Assembly: GCA_046735395.1 (NCBI GenBank)
Contig: JBJKQR010000012.1
Span: forward strand, 64,001 to 128,000
Source: Fidelibacterota bacterium
Lineage (GTDB): Bacteria > Fidelibacterota > Fidelibacteria > Fidelibacterales > DSDE01
Length of the DNA: 64,000 bases
Direction: 5' to 3'
Shown: piece by piece, positions 19,200 to 28,742 of the stretch
How the letters are laid out: each line of letters begins with the position of its first letter
Numbering within the stretch: the stretch's first letter is position 1
The notes under the pieces: generated by a model
Seen by the model: only the letters and a program-made list of their open reading frames with translations
The model's database searches: none
What the model was told of the DNA's origin: nothing
Translations under genes and position numbers: made by a program

Positions 19200-22100
19200 A
19201 TGATATCGCAGAAGAAAATAATCATTCGATCTCTTGTTTTACTTGCCGCTCTCCTGGCTTCCGGCCTGATCGCGCAGGATATTCCCGGAAATGCGGATGC
19301 CGAGAACGCCAATTCAGCTATTTTTACTCTTTTTAACCAAACAGGAAACAATCTGACGTCCAATTTTATTACGGGAATCTGTGAAGATAGTCTGGGGCGA
19401 TTGATTATCGGCACGGGAAAAGGGATGAATTTTTATAACGGCTATGAATTCTATACCGTACCTGTTCCCGGAGACAGTAATAATATCATGACCACAACCA
19501 TTAGCGGAATGGTGATGGATAAAAAGGGTTTCATCTATTTCGGAAGCATGCTCAATGGCCTTTTTCGTTATGATCCGGCCCGGAACTCTCTGAAGAACAT
19601 CCATATCTATCATAATCCCAATTTTCATAAAGACGATCTGATGGCGAGATTCAGTCAGCGAATACAATCACTCCTGTATCTGCCGGAAGACAGAATTATT
19701 TTCAGTTATTTTCACCAGAATGGATTTTTCACTCTCGATACAAGAACAGGTCATATCACTGAGTCGGCTGTCGGAAATGAAAGGGTTATCAATCGCATTG
19801 TTCAGGGGAGCGGAGATGATATTCTGATCATATGTACAGATGGATCCGTATTCCGATACGATTTCACTACAAATGCAATATCGTCGGTTGATTTACCGGA
19901 GCTGTGCAATAACTGCAGGATCAGCACTGCTTTCGTGGATTCCCGGAAAAACATTTGGTTCGCAACTGCAAATAACGGGTTGTTCAAAGTTAACGGCAAT
20001 ACGGTGGAATCTTTTCCGATGGACAGTGATAAAAACAGAGATATATACTACAGATCTTTTCTGGAAGATAAATTTCATAATATCTGGATCGGAACGAGTG
20101 AGGGGCTGTATCGCTACAATTCAGACGAGAGCTGGACACATTTTCAGTATCAGGGGAATACGGGCTTCAGTCTGCCCGTTGAAAATATCTGGTACCTCTT
20201 TATTGATTCCTCAAATTATCTCTGGATCGGAACGGATCACGGACTGGTAAGAATGATTACAGCGACGAATCTTGCGGGATACAAGGTTTTCCATGCAGAT
20301 AAAACTCATCAGACTGATGTTACCTGCATGACGCAATTGAATACGAACCGATTTCTCCTTGGTACGAATAACAGCGGCCTGCAGATCTTTGATAATCGTG
20401 ATGTATCGATAAAACCGCTAATGTGGGCGAATATGGACAGCGTTCTGAAGACGGGAAATGTGAGGAACTGTGTCCAATCCAATAATTATATTTACACAGT
20501 TTTCGCACACCATGGCCTGTTTGAAGCGATGTTGAACGATTCCGAAGATCTGACCTTTCATCCCCTGAGTGTTCCCGGTTATAGCGGCGAAAGTAAATTA
20601 CCTATGTTCCACAATCTGGGGGTTGACAGCAGGGGAAATGTCTGGATCTCCCTGCTTCGGGAAAACTCTATTCTGTATTTTGACCCGGTACACAGACAGT
20701 TTCATAATGTTTCTTTTCCGGACAGCATGCGTCAGAAAAATAGTTTTATAGTGCAGAAATTCTTCAACGACCGGGACGGAAACCTGTGGCTGGGAACCCG
20801 AAACGGCCTGTATGAATGGAATGGCCGGGAGATCATCGGACATCACAGTCAGATGGAAGACGGACGAAATTTCATAACTGGAATTCATCAGGATTCACAC
20901 GGAGATATCTGGTATTCCGATCAAATGGAAGGCTTGAATACGATCGGAGATGACGGGGCTGTGAAAACCATTATTGCCAATCATAAAAAGGAATGGATTT
21001 TTGATTTTGAGCTGGATGAAAATGACAATGTGATCTGGTATACACAGCAGAAACATGGCCTGGGACGCTATGATATGGATCTGGGAACTACTTCTTTTCT
21101 GGGTTTGAATCAGGGATTGGCCGGAAATAATTATTACAGCCTTTTCTTTATTGATCCCTATGAAATCCTTCTTTTTGGAAATCAGGGCCTGAGTGCATAT
21201 AACACGCTGACCGATCAGATCCTCAATTATACCAACGATCAGGGTTTCCGATTCTCCATCACGGTGGGGGCCACCTTTGTTAAAAAGAATGATAATTTGT
21301 TATTTGGTGGTCGGGACAATATTTTTTCCATTTCTCCCGAAGATCTGGTTCCGGAGATTCCTCACAAATCCGTATTATTCAAATCTGTTTTCATAAATAA
21401 CAGGGAAGTCTTCTCCGGAAGCAGAAACGAGCATCATCAGCAGTACTTTTCGAAGAATCTGAACAGTAAACCTGTTATAAACATGTGGAGTGAGGATAAG
21501 ATTATCAGTTTTGATTATTATTATATCGATCTGGTAAACGCGGACCAGACAAAGTATGCCATTAAACTTCTGAATGTGGATAATGACTGGCAGTACGTCG
21601 GGCACAAGCGAAGTGCCAGCTACGCTTTTCTGCCTCCGGGGAAATATGAGCTTCAGGTGATAGCGGCGTCCGCCAAGGGACTGTGGACACCCGAAACTGC
21701 GAGCCTTCAGATTTGGGTTCATCCGTCATTCTGGCAGACACGAACTCCTAAAGTATTGGGAATTTTGCTGTTATTGCTTCTGCTTTCGCTTTTTTGGTCT
21801 CTGCGAATTCGCCGGATCCGGGAACGGAACGCCTTTCTTCAGGAACACAATAAAAGTCTGGAAGAGGAAATCGAGAAACGAAAAACCATTGAAAAGGAAA
21901 TTCGCAAACTCAGTACGGCTGTGGAGCAGTCACTGGAATCCATTGTGATTACCGACCTGTCAGGAACTGTGGAATATGTCAATCCGGCTTTTTTGATAAC
22001 CGCAGGAATTAAATTGGATGACTGCCTGGGTTGGCCAATCGGGAAATTGCTCGGAAATGACTATTCCGATAAAACGATGGCTTTTAAAATATACAAGGCT

Positions 22101-22994
22101 TCAATATCTGCAGATAAAAATACCATTTTTGAATATCAGCGCGCTGATGGAAATGTACTCCGGCTGATTGAAACAGTCTCTCCCATTTCCATCGAAGAAA
22201 AGGTTGAGAAAGTACTTTATATTTTTCACGATATCACCCAAATAACCAAGATGGAAAAGGAACTGGAACTGTCCAGAAAGATGCGCGCAGTCGGAACCCT
22301 TGCCAGCGGAATCGCTCACGATCTGAATAATATACTGGCATCCATCAGGCTGAATGCCGACCTCATCGCCCGTGCCACTGATTTTTCCGAAGAATCACAA
22401 CTGGATATGAATGAACTGGTCGACTCGACGAACAAGGCGAAGAATATCGTTCGCCAGATTGTTGAATTTTCCAGACAGGAACCGGCATCCCTTCTGCCCA
22501 TTAACCTCAGTGAAGTTCTGGAGGAAAATTCACGCGTGCTCCAGTCCATAGCCCGTGACGGGATTGATTTCCAGCTCTCTGTGGAGAAGGAGATGTATAT
22601 ACTGGGTGATAAAACGAAGCTTTTTCAGATTATGATCAATCTGGTGACCAATGCGGTGGATGCCATTGAAGGCAAGGGCGTGATACAGATCATCCTGAAA
22701 CAGCAGTTACTTCGGGATGAAGATCTGGCCGCCTATCCCGGCAAACAGCCTGGTCAGTATTGTGTTCTGTCGGTACAGGACAGCGGTTGTGGCATTTCAC
22801 GGGAACATATCAACCAGATTTTCGATCCCTTTTTCACCACAAAGCAGGTGGGGAAGGGAACAGGCCTCGGTCTGTCCATTATTCGGTCAATTATAGAGAA
22901 TTTCAAGGGTATTATTACGGTGGACAGCAACCCGGGGCAGGGAACTGTCTTTACTCTCATCTTTCCTCATTATCTATCTGAACGCAAAAGCTGA
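19200..22994 (+). CDS. Sensor histidine kinase: periplasmic beta-propeller + Y_Y_Y, TM, PAS, HisKA, HATPase (no receiver)
   Basis: Repeated D..G.IW.GT propeller units, ASYAFLPPGKYELQV, GIAHDLNN and DPFFTTK..GKGTGLGL. Confidence 0.9.
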   Translation: MISQKKIIIRSLVLLAALLASGLIAQDIPGNADAENANSAIFTLFNQTGNNLTSNFITGICEDSLGRLIIGTGKGMNFYNGYEFYTVPVPGDSNNIMTTTISGMVMDKKGFIYFGSMLNGLFRYDPARNSLKNIHIYHNPNFHKDDLMARFSQRIQSLLYLPEDRIIFSYFHQNGFFTLDTRTGHITESAVGNERVINRIVQGSGDDILIICTDGSVFRYDFTTNAISSVDLPELCNNCRISTAFVDSRKNIWFATANNGLFKVNGNTVESFPMDSDKNRDIYYRSFLEDKFHNIWIGTSEGLYRYNSDESWTHFQYQGNTGFSLPVENIWYLFIDSSNYLWIGTDHGLVRMITATNLAGYKVFHADKTHQTDVTCMTQLNTNRFLLGTNNSGLQIFDNRDVSIKPLMWANMDSVLKTGNVRNCVQSNNYIYTVFAHHGLFEAMLNDSEDLTFHPLSVPGYSGESKLPMFHNLGVDSRGNVWISLLRENSILYFDPVHRQFHNVSFPDSMRQKNSFIVQKFFNDRDGNLWLGTRNGLYEWNGREIIGHHSQMEDGRNFITGIHQDSHGDIWYSDQMEGLNTIGDDGAVKTIIANHKKEWIFDFELDENDNVIWYTQQKHGLGRYDMDLGTTSFLGLNQGLAGNNYYSLFFIDPYEILLFGNQGLSAYNTLTDQILNYTNDQGFRFSITVGATFVKKNDNLLFGGRDNIFSISPEDLVPEIPHKSVLFKSVFINNREVFSGSRNEHHQQYFSKNLNSKPVINMWSEDKIISFDYYYIDLVNADQTKYAIKLLNVDNDWQYVGHKRSASYAFLPPGKYELQVIAASAKGLWTPETASLQIWVHPSFWQTRTPKVLGILLLLLLLSLFWSLRIRRIRERNAFLQEHNKSLEEEIEKRKTIEKEIRKLSTAVEQSLESIVITDLSGTVEYVNPAFLITAGIKLDDCLGWPIGKLLGNDYSDKTMAFKIYKASISADKNTIFEYQRADGNVLRLIETVSPISIEEKVEKVLYIFHDITQITKMEKELELSRKMRAVGTLASGIAHDLNNILASIRLNADLIARATDFSEESQLDMNELVDSTNKAKNIVRQIVEFSRQEPASLLPINLSEVLEENSRVLQSIARDGIDFQLSVEKEMYILGDKTKLFQIMINLVTNAVDAIEGKGVIQIILKQQLLRDEDLAAYPGKQPGQYCVLSVQDSGCGISREHINQIFDPFFTTKQVGKGTGLGLSIIRSIIENFKGIITVDSNPGQGTVFTLIFPHYLSERKS

Positions 22995-23058
22995 TATAAG
23001 TCGCTGATGATTCACCGGCAAAGACTGTCTGAATTCTTCAGACCGTCGGAACTGCGGA

Positions 23059-24969
23059 TCAGGACCAGAGAATCAATTGGATCATCGAGATATTTTCTAT
23101 GAGATGTTCCCGATGACGGGCAAGTTCGCTCTGATCCAGCAGAAAAATGTCGGCCGAATCGCCGTGCCGGGTTCCAAACAGCCGGTAGGTGCCATTTTCG
23201 GTGCTGAGAATTTTATCACAGACACAATCAGGATTCTCTTCAAATAAATCATTCAGAGTCAGAGCCGAATCTCCGGAGAAACAGCTGAACAGGGATTTAC
23301 CTCCGTTTGCGATATCCTGAAAGTCGGATATCATCTTACCGGAATGGCTGAGCACGTGCCCGTTGCCATCCACTCTGAAAAACAGGGACTGGGTACCGAG
23401 AAGCTTGTCCACAGCAGACTTCTGTTCACTGATGAGAACCCGTTCGATATGCTTTCTCTGGCTGATATCATTGAAGCTGCCCTGGATTCCTTCCAGTTTT
23501 CCCTTGTTGTAGAATTGAGACATTTTGATTTCACACCAGCCTTCGCTGCCGTCTTTCCGGAAAAATTTGGCCTGATAGAGAATCGGCGCCGTCATGCCCC
23601 GATTTTCCTCCAGTAGCGAATCAAACTGTTTTTTCAGTTTGTCAGTGGTTGTTGCCTCAAATAATTTATTGACATCGTTTTCGATAAAATAATCAGGTTC
23701 ATACCCTGTCATGGAAAATACGGAGGGGGAAACAAAGGTGAAATTCCTGTTGAAATCCGCCGTCCAGATCACATCTCGTGTGTTTTCTGATATGAGCCGG
23801 TATTTTCGCTCGCTTCGTTCCAGTTCAATTTCCGCAGTCTTCTGATCCGTGATATCGGTGGTGGCGGTGATGATTTGTCGGAAACCTGTCGGGAGATAAT
23901 CCACGACCATATCGCTTCGCAGCCAGCGAATGCTTTTATCTGCATGAATAATGCGGAATTCAAAAGAGACGGCTTCGTCAAACGCGCTGTTGAAGTTTTC
24001 GAAGTGTTCGGCGACAAAGGCGATGTCATCCTTATAAACGATATTCAGAATGGATTTGGGATCATTATTGAAAAATTCCTTCGGATACCCGGTTACCTGT
24101 TCAACAACCGGAGACATATAGCTGAACAGTTCCTGCCCGTTTTCATACATCTTCTTGCTCCAGATATAACTGGGCTGGTAGTTCAGCATTTTCTTGAATT
24201 CTTCCAGCCGGTACTCCAGATTCTGAATCATGTCCCTGTATTTACCCATATCACGGATAGTAATGATAATACGGTCCATTTTTGATTCACCCCGCGTCAT
24301 CAGAGCCATATGCGTATCACCGATAAAACGGTCTCCGATCTTGGGAACGAAGGTCGTTTCGGAACGCAGGTAACCCGTCTGGTCGGCTAGGGAATTCAGC
24401 TGTTTCTGAAATCCCTCCTTGTCGCGCATGCTGATGAAATCGTAAATACTTTTATTCAACAGATCCGAGTTGATACGGGTTCCGAGAATCTTCAGGGACT
24501 GCCGGGAAAAATCCTTGATCGTACCGTCCGTTCCCAGAATGAGTACGGAATCGGGAAGAATCTCCATAAGGGAGTGATAGACATCGATGGAATATCTGAC
24601 ATTTTCACTCATGATGAATGAATTCTGAATGAGGACACCCAGTATGTGGCGGGTTTTGGCATCAATCAGGATGGGGCGCAGAAAAAGCGTGAATGCGGTG
24701 ATTTCGGCACTTGTTCCGGTGTTTTCCGTCTGATCCTTTTCGTTATGGCCTTCAAGAACCCGTTTGAAGACGCTTTCTGCCGATCTGCCGGATTTCAGGG
24801 GAAATATCCGGTCAACAGGCAGGATCTGATCCGGATCAGCAGTCAGCCCGAATCGCTGTTCAAAGGATGCATTGCAGCGGATGAGCCTGTATTTTTCATC
24901 CAGATTGAAGACCAGCTGGCCCGGTAGTGCGTTCATGAATTGCTGTAACAGATCAGGGTTTTCAGTCAT
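23059..24969 (-). CDS. Cytoplasmic multi-PAS/PAC protein without a recognisable output domain
   Basis: Several PAS/PAC units (YMSPVVEQVTGY, FRIIHADKSIRW, FVSPSVFSMTGY, RKDGSEGW, DISQRK). No kinase or GGDEF motifs. Confidence 0.75.
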   Translation of the reverse strand: MTENPDLLQQFMNALPGQLVFNLDEKYRLIRCNASFEQRFGLTADPDQILPVDRIFPLKSGRSAESVFKRVLEGHNEKDQTENTGTSAEITAFTLFLRPILIDAKTRHILGVLIQNSFIMSENVRYSIDVYHSLMEILPDSVLILGTDGTIKDFSRQSLKILGTRINSDLLNKSIYDFISMRDKEGFQKQLNSLADQTGYLRSETTFVPKIGDRFIGDTHMALMTRGESKMDRIIITIRDMGKYRDMIQNLEYRLEEFKKMLNYQPSYIWSKKMYENGQELFSYMSPVVEQVTGYPKEFFNNDPKSILNIVYKDDIAFVAEHFENFNSAFDEAVSFEFRIIHADKSIRWLRSDMVVDYLPTGFRQIITATTDITDQKTAEIELERSERKYRLISENTRDVIWTADFNRNFTFVSPSVFSMTGYEPDYFIENDVNKLFEATTTDKLKKQFDSLLEENRGMTAPILYQAKFFRKDGSEGWCEIKMSQFYNKGKLEGIQGSFNDISQRKHIERVLISEQKSAVDKLLGTQSLFFRVDGNGHVLSHSGKMISDFQDIANGGKSLFSCFSGDSALTLNDLFEENPDCVCDKILSTENGTYRLFGTRHGDSADIFLLDQSELARHREHLIENISMIQLILWS

Positions 24970-25127
24970 CTTTTTTCCCTCCAGAGCAGCACATCTGTAT
25001 GCCTTGTGTTGATACCCTGCGAATATACGGAAAAATCCCGCTGAATTCGCAGCGAAAATTCGGAATTCCCGGAATTATGCGGATCCGGCCCCGGCCTGTT
25101 TGAAATTGTATTCAGTACCTTCATTTT

Positions 25128-25688
25128 TCAGTTCAGGAGATAACCGTACTGGCGCATGAGGGGGCGGAACCGGCGGGCGGGATGTCCGAGAATACGGCTC
25201 AGTTCTTCCCAGAATTGGGGGCCATGGTTGAGATGCCGGGTATGACAGAGCTCATGCAGGATGACGTAATCCATGAGATCTTCGGGCAGATAAATCAGTT
25301 TGGCGTTCAATGACAGGTTGCCTTTGGAAGAGCAGCTGCCCCAGCGGGTCTTCTGAGTTCGTATTGTTATCTGGCGGTATTCAAACTGATGCTGCTCTGC
25401 CAGCGTCCGGCAGCGATTCCGGATTCGATCTCCGGCCTCGCGGATATCATCCGGGCTCATTCGGGGTGTCGCTACGGGTTTCTGTGCTCGTTCACGGATT
25501 TTCCGTGCAAAGAAATCCCGGTTTGCCAGAAGCACGGATTCAACCTGTGACAGGCGTATCCGCGGCGGATAGCTGACCAGCAGCGCCCGACCTTCCAGGC
25601 GGATGCGGATATGCTTATTTCTGCGTCTGCACCGGTACTCCACGAGACCCAGATCTTCATATTCCTTCGTATCGCAGCGAAGGATCAT
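25128..25688 (-). CDS. YgjP/DUF45 (M48/SprT-like) zinc metallohydrolase
   Basis: Motifs KTRWGSCS and DYVILHELCH...HGPQFW. Confidence 0.9.
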   Translation of the reverse strand: MILRCDTKEYEDLGLVEYRCRRRNKHIRIRLEGRALLVSYPPRIRLSQVESVLLANRDFFARKIRERAQKPVATPRMSPDDIREAGDRIRNRCRTLAEQHQFEYRQITIRTQKTRWGSCSSKGNLSLNAKLIYLPEDLMDYVILHELCHTRHLNHGPQFWEELSRILGHPARRFRPLMRQYGYLLN

Positions 25689-26365
25689 CCTTTGGCTCCG
25701 CTTTTGGCCAGGGCATCCACTTTTTCATTCCAGAGATTGCCTGTGTGGGCCGGCACCTTGACCCAGTCGATCTTCAGGCCGGACAGATTGGCCATGAAAT
25801 CCCGGTAGGCTGCCGTGACCGGGTTTTTTGCCTGCCAGGATCGGTTCGCCCAGTTGCGGATTCCCAGATAATCAAAATGAATGGAAACGTGCACCAGGCC
25901 CCGAGATCTGCACCATTTGACAGCTTCCATCGCGGCCTTCAGTTCACCGCTGATCTGTCTGAGCGGAAGCAGCTTCTCATCCGTCAGGGAGCCGGAAAGT
26001 TCCTGAATGCATGTGCCGTTCTCCAGAACTAAAAGGCCCCAGCCGATGCGGTTGTCCATAAAGGATCCGTCAATATATATTTCATATCCCTGCCGATGTG
26101 TTTCCCGGCCTTCATAAATGGCGTAGAGCTCACCTTCATACGTCTTAACAGTGAGTTCATGGAAACGGGGTGAAAATGATTTTTTACTGGGTTTGTAGTA
26201 CAGCACCACTTTCCCGAGTTTGAGGCCATCATGACTGACATGAAGCTTGACGGAATAATCGCGGTAGGAATCGGGATCGATACGGGCTTCAAACCCGGCA
26301 TTATGAAGCCGGGATCCGTATTTCTCAGCGGCGTTCTGCAATTCGTTATAATAGGGACTGGTCAT
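25685..26365 (-). CDS. rnhA: Ribonuclease HI with an atypical N-terminal domain
   Basis: Motifs IYIDGS, GELKAA, HFDY.GI..W and KVPAHTGNLWNEKVDALA. Confidence 0.8.
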   Translation of the reverse strand: MTSPYYNELQNAAEKYGSRLHNAGFEARIDPDSYRDYSVKLHVSHDGLKLGKVVLYYKPSKKSFSPRFHELTVKTYEGELYAIYEGRETHRQGYEIYIDGSFMDNRIGWGLLVLENGTCIQELSGSLTDEKLLPLRQISGELKAAMEAVKWCRSRGLVHVSIHFDYLGIRNWANRSWQAKNPVTAAYRDFMANLSGLKIDWVKVPAHTGNLWNEKVDALAKSGAKG

Positions 26366-26491
26366 ATATCTCCGTTTGATCTTTTGACAAAGTTATCAAA
26401 ATCGTGACATTAATTCCGATAAAAAAAGTTCAGAAATAAAAAACGGGTCTTTTCATGCGGACTCTCTCGGCAATTTCCTGTAAACTACAGC

Positions 26492-27166
26492 ATGTTTCAA
26501 TTATCTGATCACATTTTGTTCGAGGACAATCATCTGCTGGTTGTCAATAAGCCGGCGGGCCTTCCGGTACAGAAGGATGCGAGCGGTGACCGATGTCTGA
26601 CGGATTATGCGGAAGAGTATCTGCGAATCCGCTATGAAAAGCCGGGGCGCGTGTACCTGGGCCTGGTTCATAGGCTGGACCGGCCGGTATCCGGAGTGAT
26701 CGTAGTGGCCAGGACCTCAAAGGCCGCCGAACGCCTGAGCCGGCAGTTCGCGGATCATCAAAATGAAAAAATATATCTGGCCTGGGTGGATGGGATCGTC
26801 CCTCCGGCATTTGATCTGGAGAATTACCTGCTTCGTGACGGAAAACGCTGCATCGTCGGCAGGGAAGAGGAGGGGGGCAAATTCGCCCGGCTGCATGCAC
26901 AACGGATCGAAATACGTGGCTCACTGAGTCTGGTTCGGATCAGGCTGGAAACCGGCCGGCATCATCAGATTCGCTGCCAGTTCGCCCATGCAGGATTTCC
27001 TGTGGCCGGGGATGGCTTTTATGGTTCACAGATCCGTTTCCGGAAGGGAAAAATTGCCCTTCATGCCTATATACTCCGACTGGAGCATCCGGTTAAGAAG
27101 GAAACTCTTGAATTGACGGTTCCGCCTGACTGGAGCGGAAACTATGCTGTTTCAGTGACAGAATGA
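26492..27166 (+). CDS. RluA-family pseudouridine synthase
   Basis: Motifs VNKPAG, HRLDRPVSG, TGRHHQIR and GDGFYG. Confidence 0.92.
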   Translation: MFQLSDHILFEDNHLLVVNKPAGLPVQKDASGDRCLTDYAEEYLRIRYEKPGRVYLGLVHRLDRPVSGVIVVARTSKAAERLSRQFADHQNEKIYLAWVDGIVPPAFDLENYLLRDGKRCIVGREEEGGKFARLHAQRIEIRGSLSLVRIRLETGRHHQIRCQFAHAGFPVAGDGFYGSQIRFRKGKIALHAYILRLEHPVKKETLELTVPPDWSGNYAVSVTE

Positions 27167-28591
27167 ATATATGACTTCGTCCAGAAACCGGGCGACTTTT
27201 TCTACAGATGCAATATTCAGCCGTTCATCCGGGCTGTGGGGCGATTCGATAGTGGGGCCGATGGAGATCATGTCCATTCCGGCATATTTCGAACCGATAA
27301 TTCCACATTCCAGACCGGCATGAATAATTTCCACTTTGGCTTCTTTGCCGAATTTTTTCAGGTAAACCTGCTGACAGCGCTTGAGGAGATCGGATTCGAA
27401 ATTCGGTTCCCAGGACGGATAGCCATTCCCGGACTTCACGGAGGCTCCGGCCAGATTGCCGATGGCTTCAATCCGGGCCGTCAGGGCAGACAGAATACTC
27501 ATCTGTGAGCTGCGCTGACTGAGCTGAACGGATATTTCATTATTTTCAAAACGGATTCGTGCAAGATTGGAAGAGCTTTCGACAAGACCGGAAATGCGCC
27601 GGCTCATGCTGTTTACACCATGAGGAAGTGCCAGAAGCATGGATATAAGCCGCGTCTGGAATTCTTCACTCATGACCATTCCCGATTCATCCTCCGCCGG
27701 TTCGAGGAGTACGCGGACAGTACCTTCGGTGCCGGCATATTCTGAAACAAAAAAAGCGGCACATTCATCGAGTGATCTCCGGATTTCCGTCAGATCATCG
27801 GGCGACAGTGCGATGAGGGCACGGGCCTCCCTGGGAATGGCGTTGTGGGCCGTTCCGCCATGAATGGACAGGAGGCGAACTCTGCCTTTCAGGGTGTGCA
27901 GCGCGCGGGCGAGAAATTGAATGGCATTTGCCTTCTGTTTGTGAATGTCCACGCCGCTGTGTCCGCCGCTGAGGCCGGTCACTTTCAGTAAATAGACGGA
28001 AAGATCCTGATCGAGCGGAGTCATGTCCGGCTTGAGGGTGATGCGGGTATCGCGTCCTCCGGCACAGCCGATGGTGAAGACTCCCTCATCTTCCGAATCG
28101 ATATTGATGAGGATTTTGCCATCAACAAAATCCGGAGACAGGTTATTTGCGCCGGTCAGGCCCGTTTCTTCATCTACCGTAAACAGCAATTCCATGGGCG
28201 GGTGGACGAGATCGGGATCGGTTGCCGCGGCCAGTGCCATGGCCAGAGCGATGCCGTTATCAGATCCCAGTGTGGTACCGTCCGCATGCAGCCAGCCATC
28301 TTCAAGGATATGCCGGATCGGATCATGAGCAAAATCGTGGACCGTATCCTCATTCTTTTCACACACCATGTCCATATGCCCCTGCAGCACGACGATCTGA
28401 GCATCCTCATTTCCCGGAGTGGCGGGTACACGGATCAGAACATTGTTGAAGGTATCGCGTTTGGTCTGAAATTTATGTTCATCAGCCCAGCTGCACAGCC
28501 AGTCTGATATCTTCTTTTCATTTTTCGAACAGCGCGGAACTTTATTGATCTGTTCGAATTCTGTCAGGATACGTGTGAGTTGATCGGACAT
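27152..28591 (-). CDS. pepD: Aminoacyl-histidine dipeptidase (M20C)
   Basis: Motifs QGHMDMVCEK, TTLGSDNG, DEETG, NIDSE, IHAGLECG and HSPDE. Confidence 0.93.
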   Translation of the reverse strand: MSDQLTRILTEFEQINKVPRCSKNEKKISDWLCSWADEHKFQTKRDTFNNVLIRVPATPGNEDAQIVVLQGHMDMVCEKNEDTVHDFAHDPIRHILEDGWLHADGTTLGSDNGIALAMALAAATDPDLVHPPMELLFTVDEETGLTGANNLSPDFVDGKILINIDSEDEGVFTIGCAGGRDTRITLKPDMTPLDQDLSVYLLKVTGLSGGHSGVDIHKQKANAIQFLARALHTLKGRVRLLSIHGGTAHNAIPREARALIALSPDDLTEIRRSLDECAAFFVSEYAGTEGTVRVLLEPAEDESGMVMSEEFQTRLISMLLALPHGVNSMSRRISGLVESSSNLARIRFENNEISVQLSQRSSQMSILSALTARIEAIGNLAGASVKSGNGYPSWEPNFESDLLKRCQQVYLKKFGKEAKVEIIHAGLECGIIGSKYAGMDMISIGPTIESPHSPDERLNIASVEKVARFLDEVIYSFCH

Positions 28592-28742
28592 ATTTTCCCT
28601 CGTCATTAATGGAATGAATTTACACATTAAGGAGGCTGAATGCAGGTATTTTCTCATCGGAACAGGTTATGGAAAAGCTTGGGACCGACACGGTGCATTC
28701 TCACAAAAATTTTGTATATTTGGCAGGAAAACGGAGGTCGTT

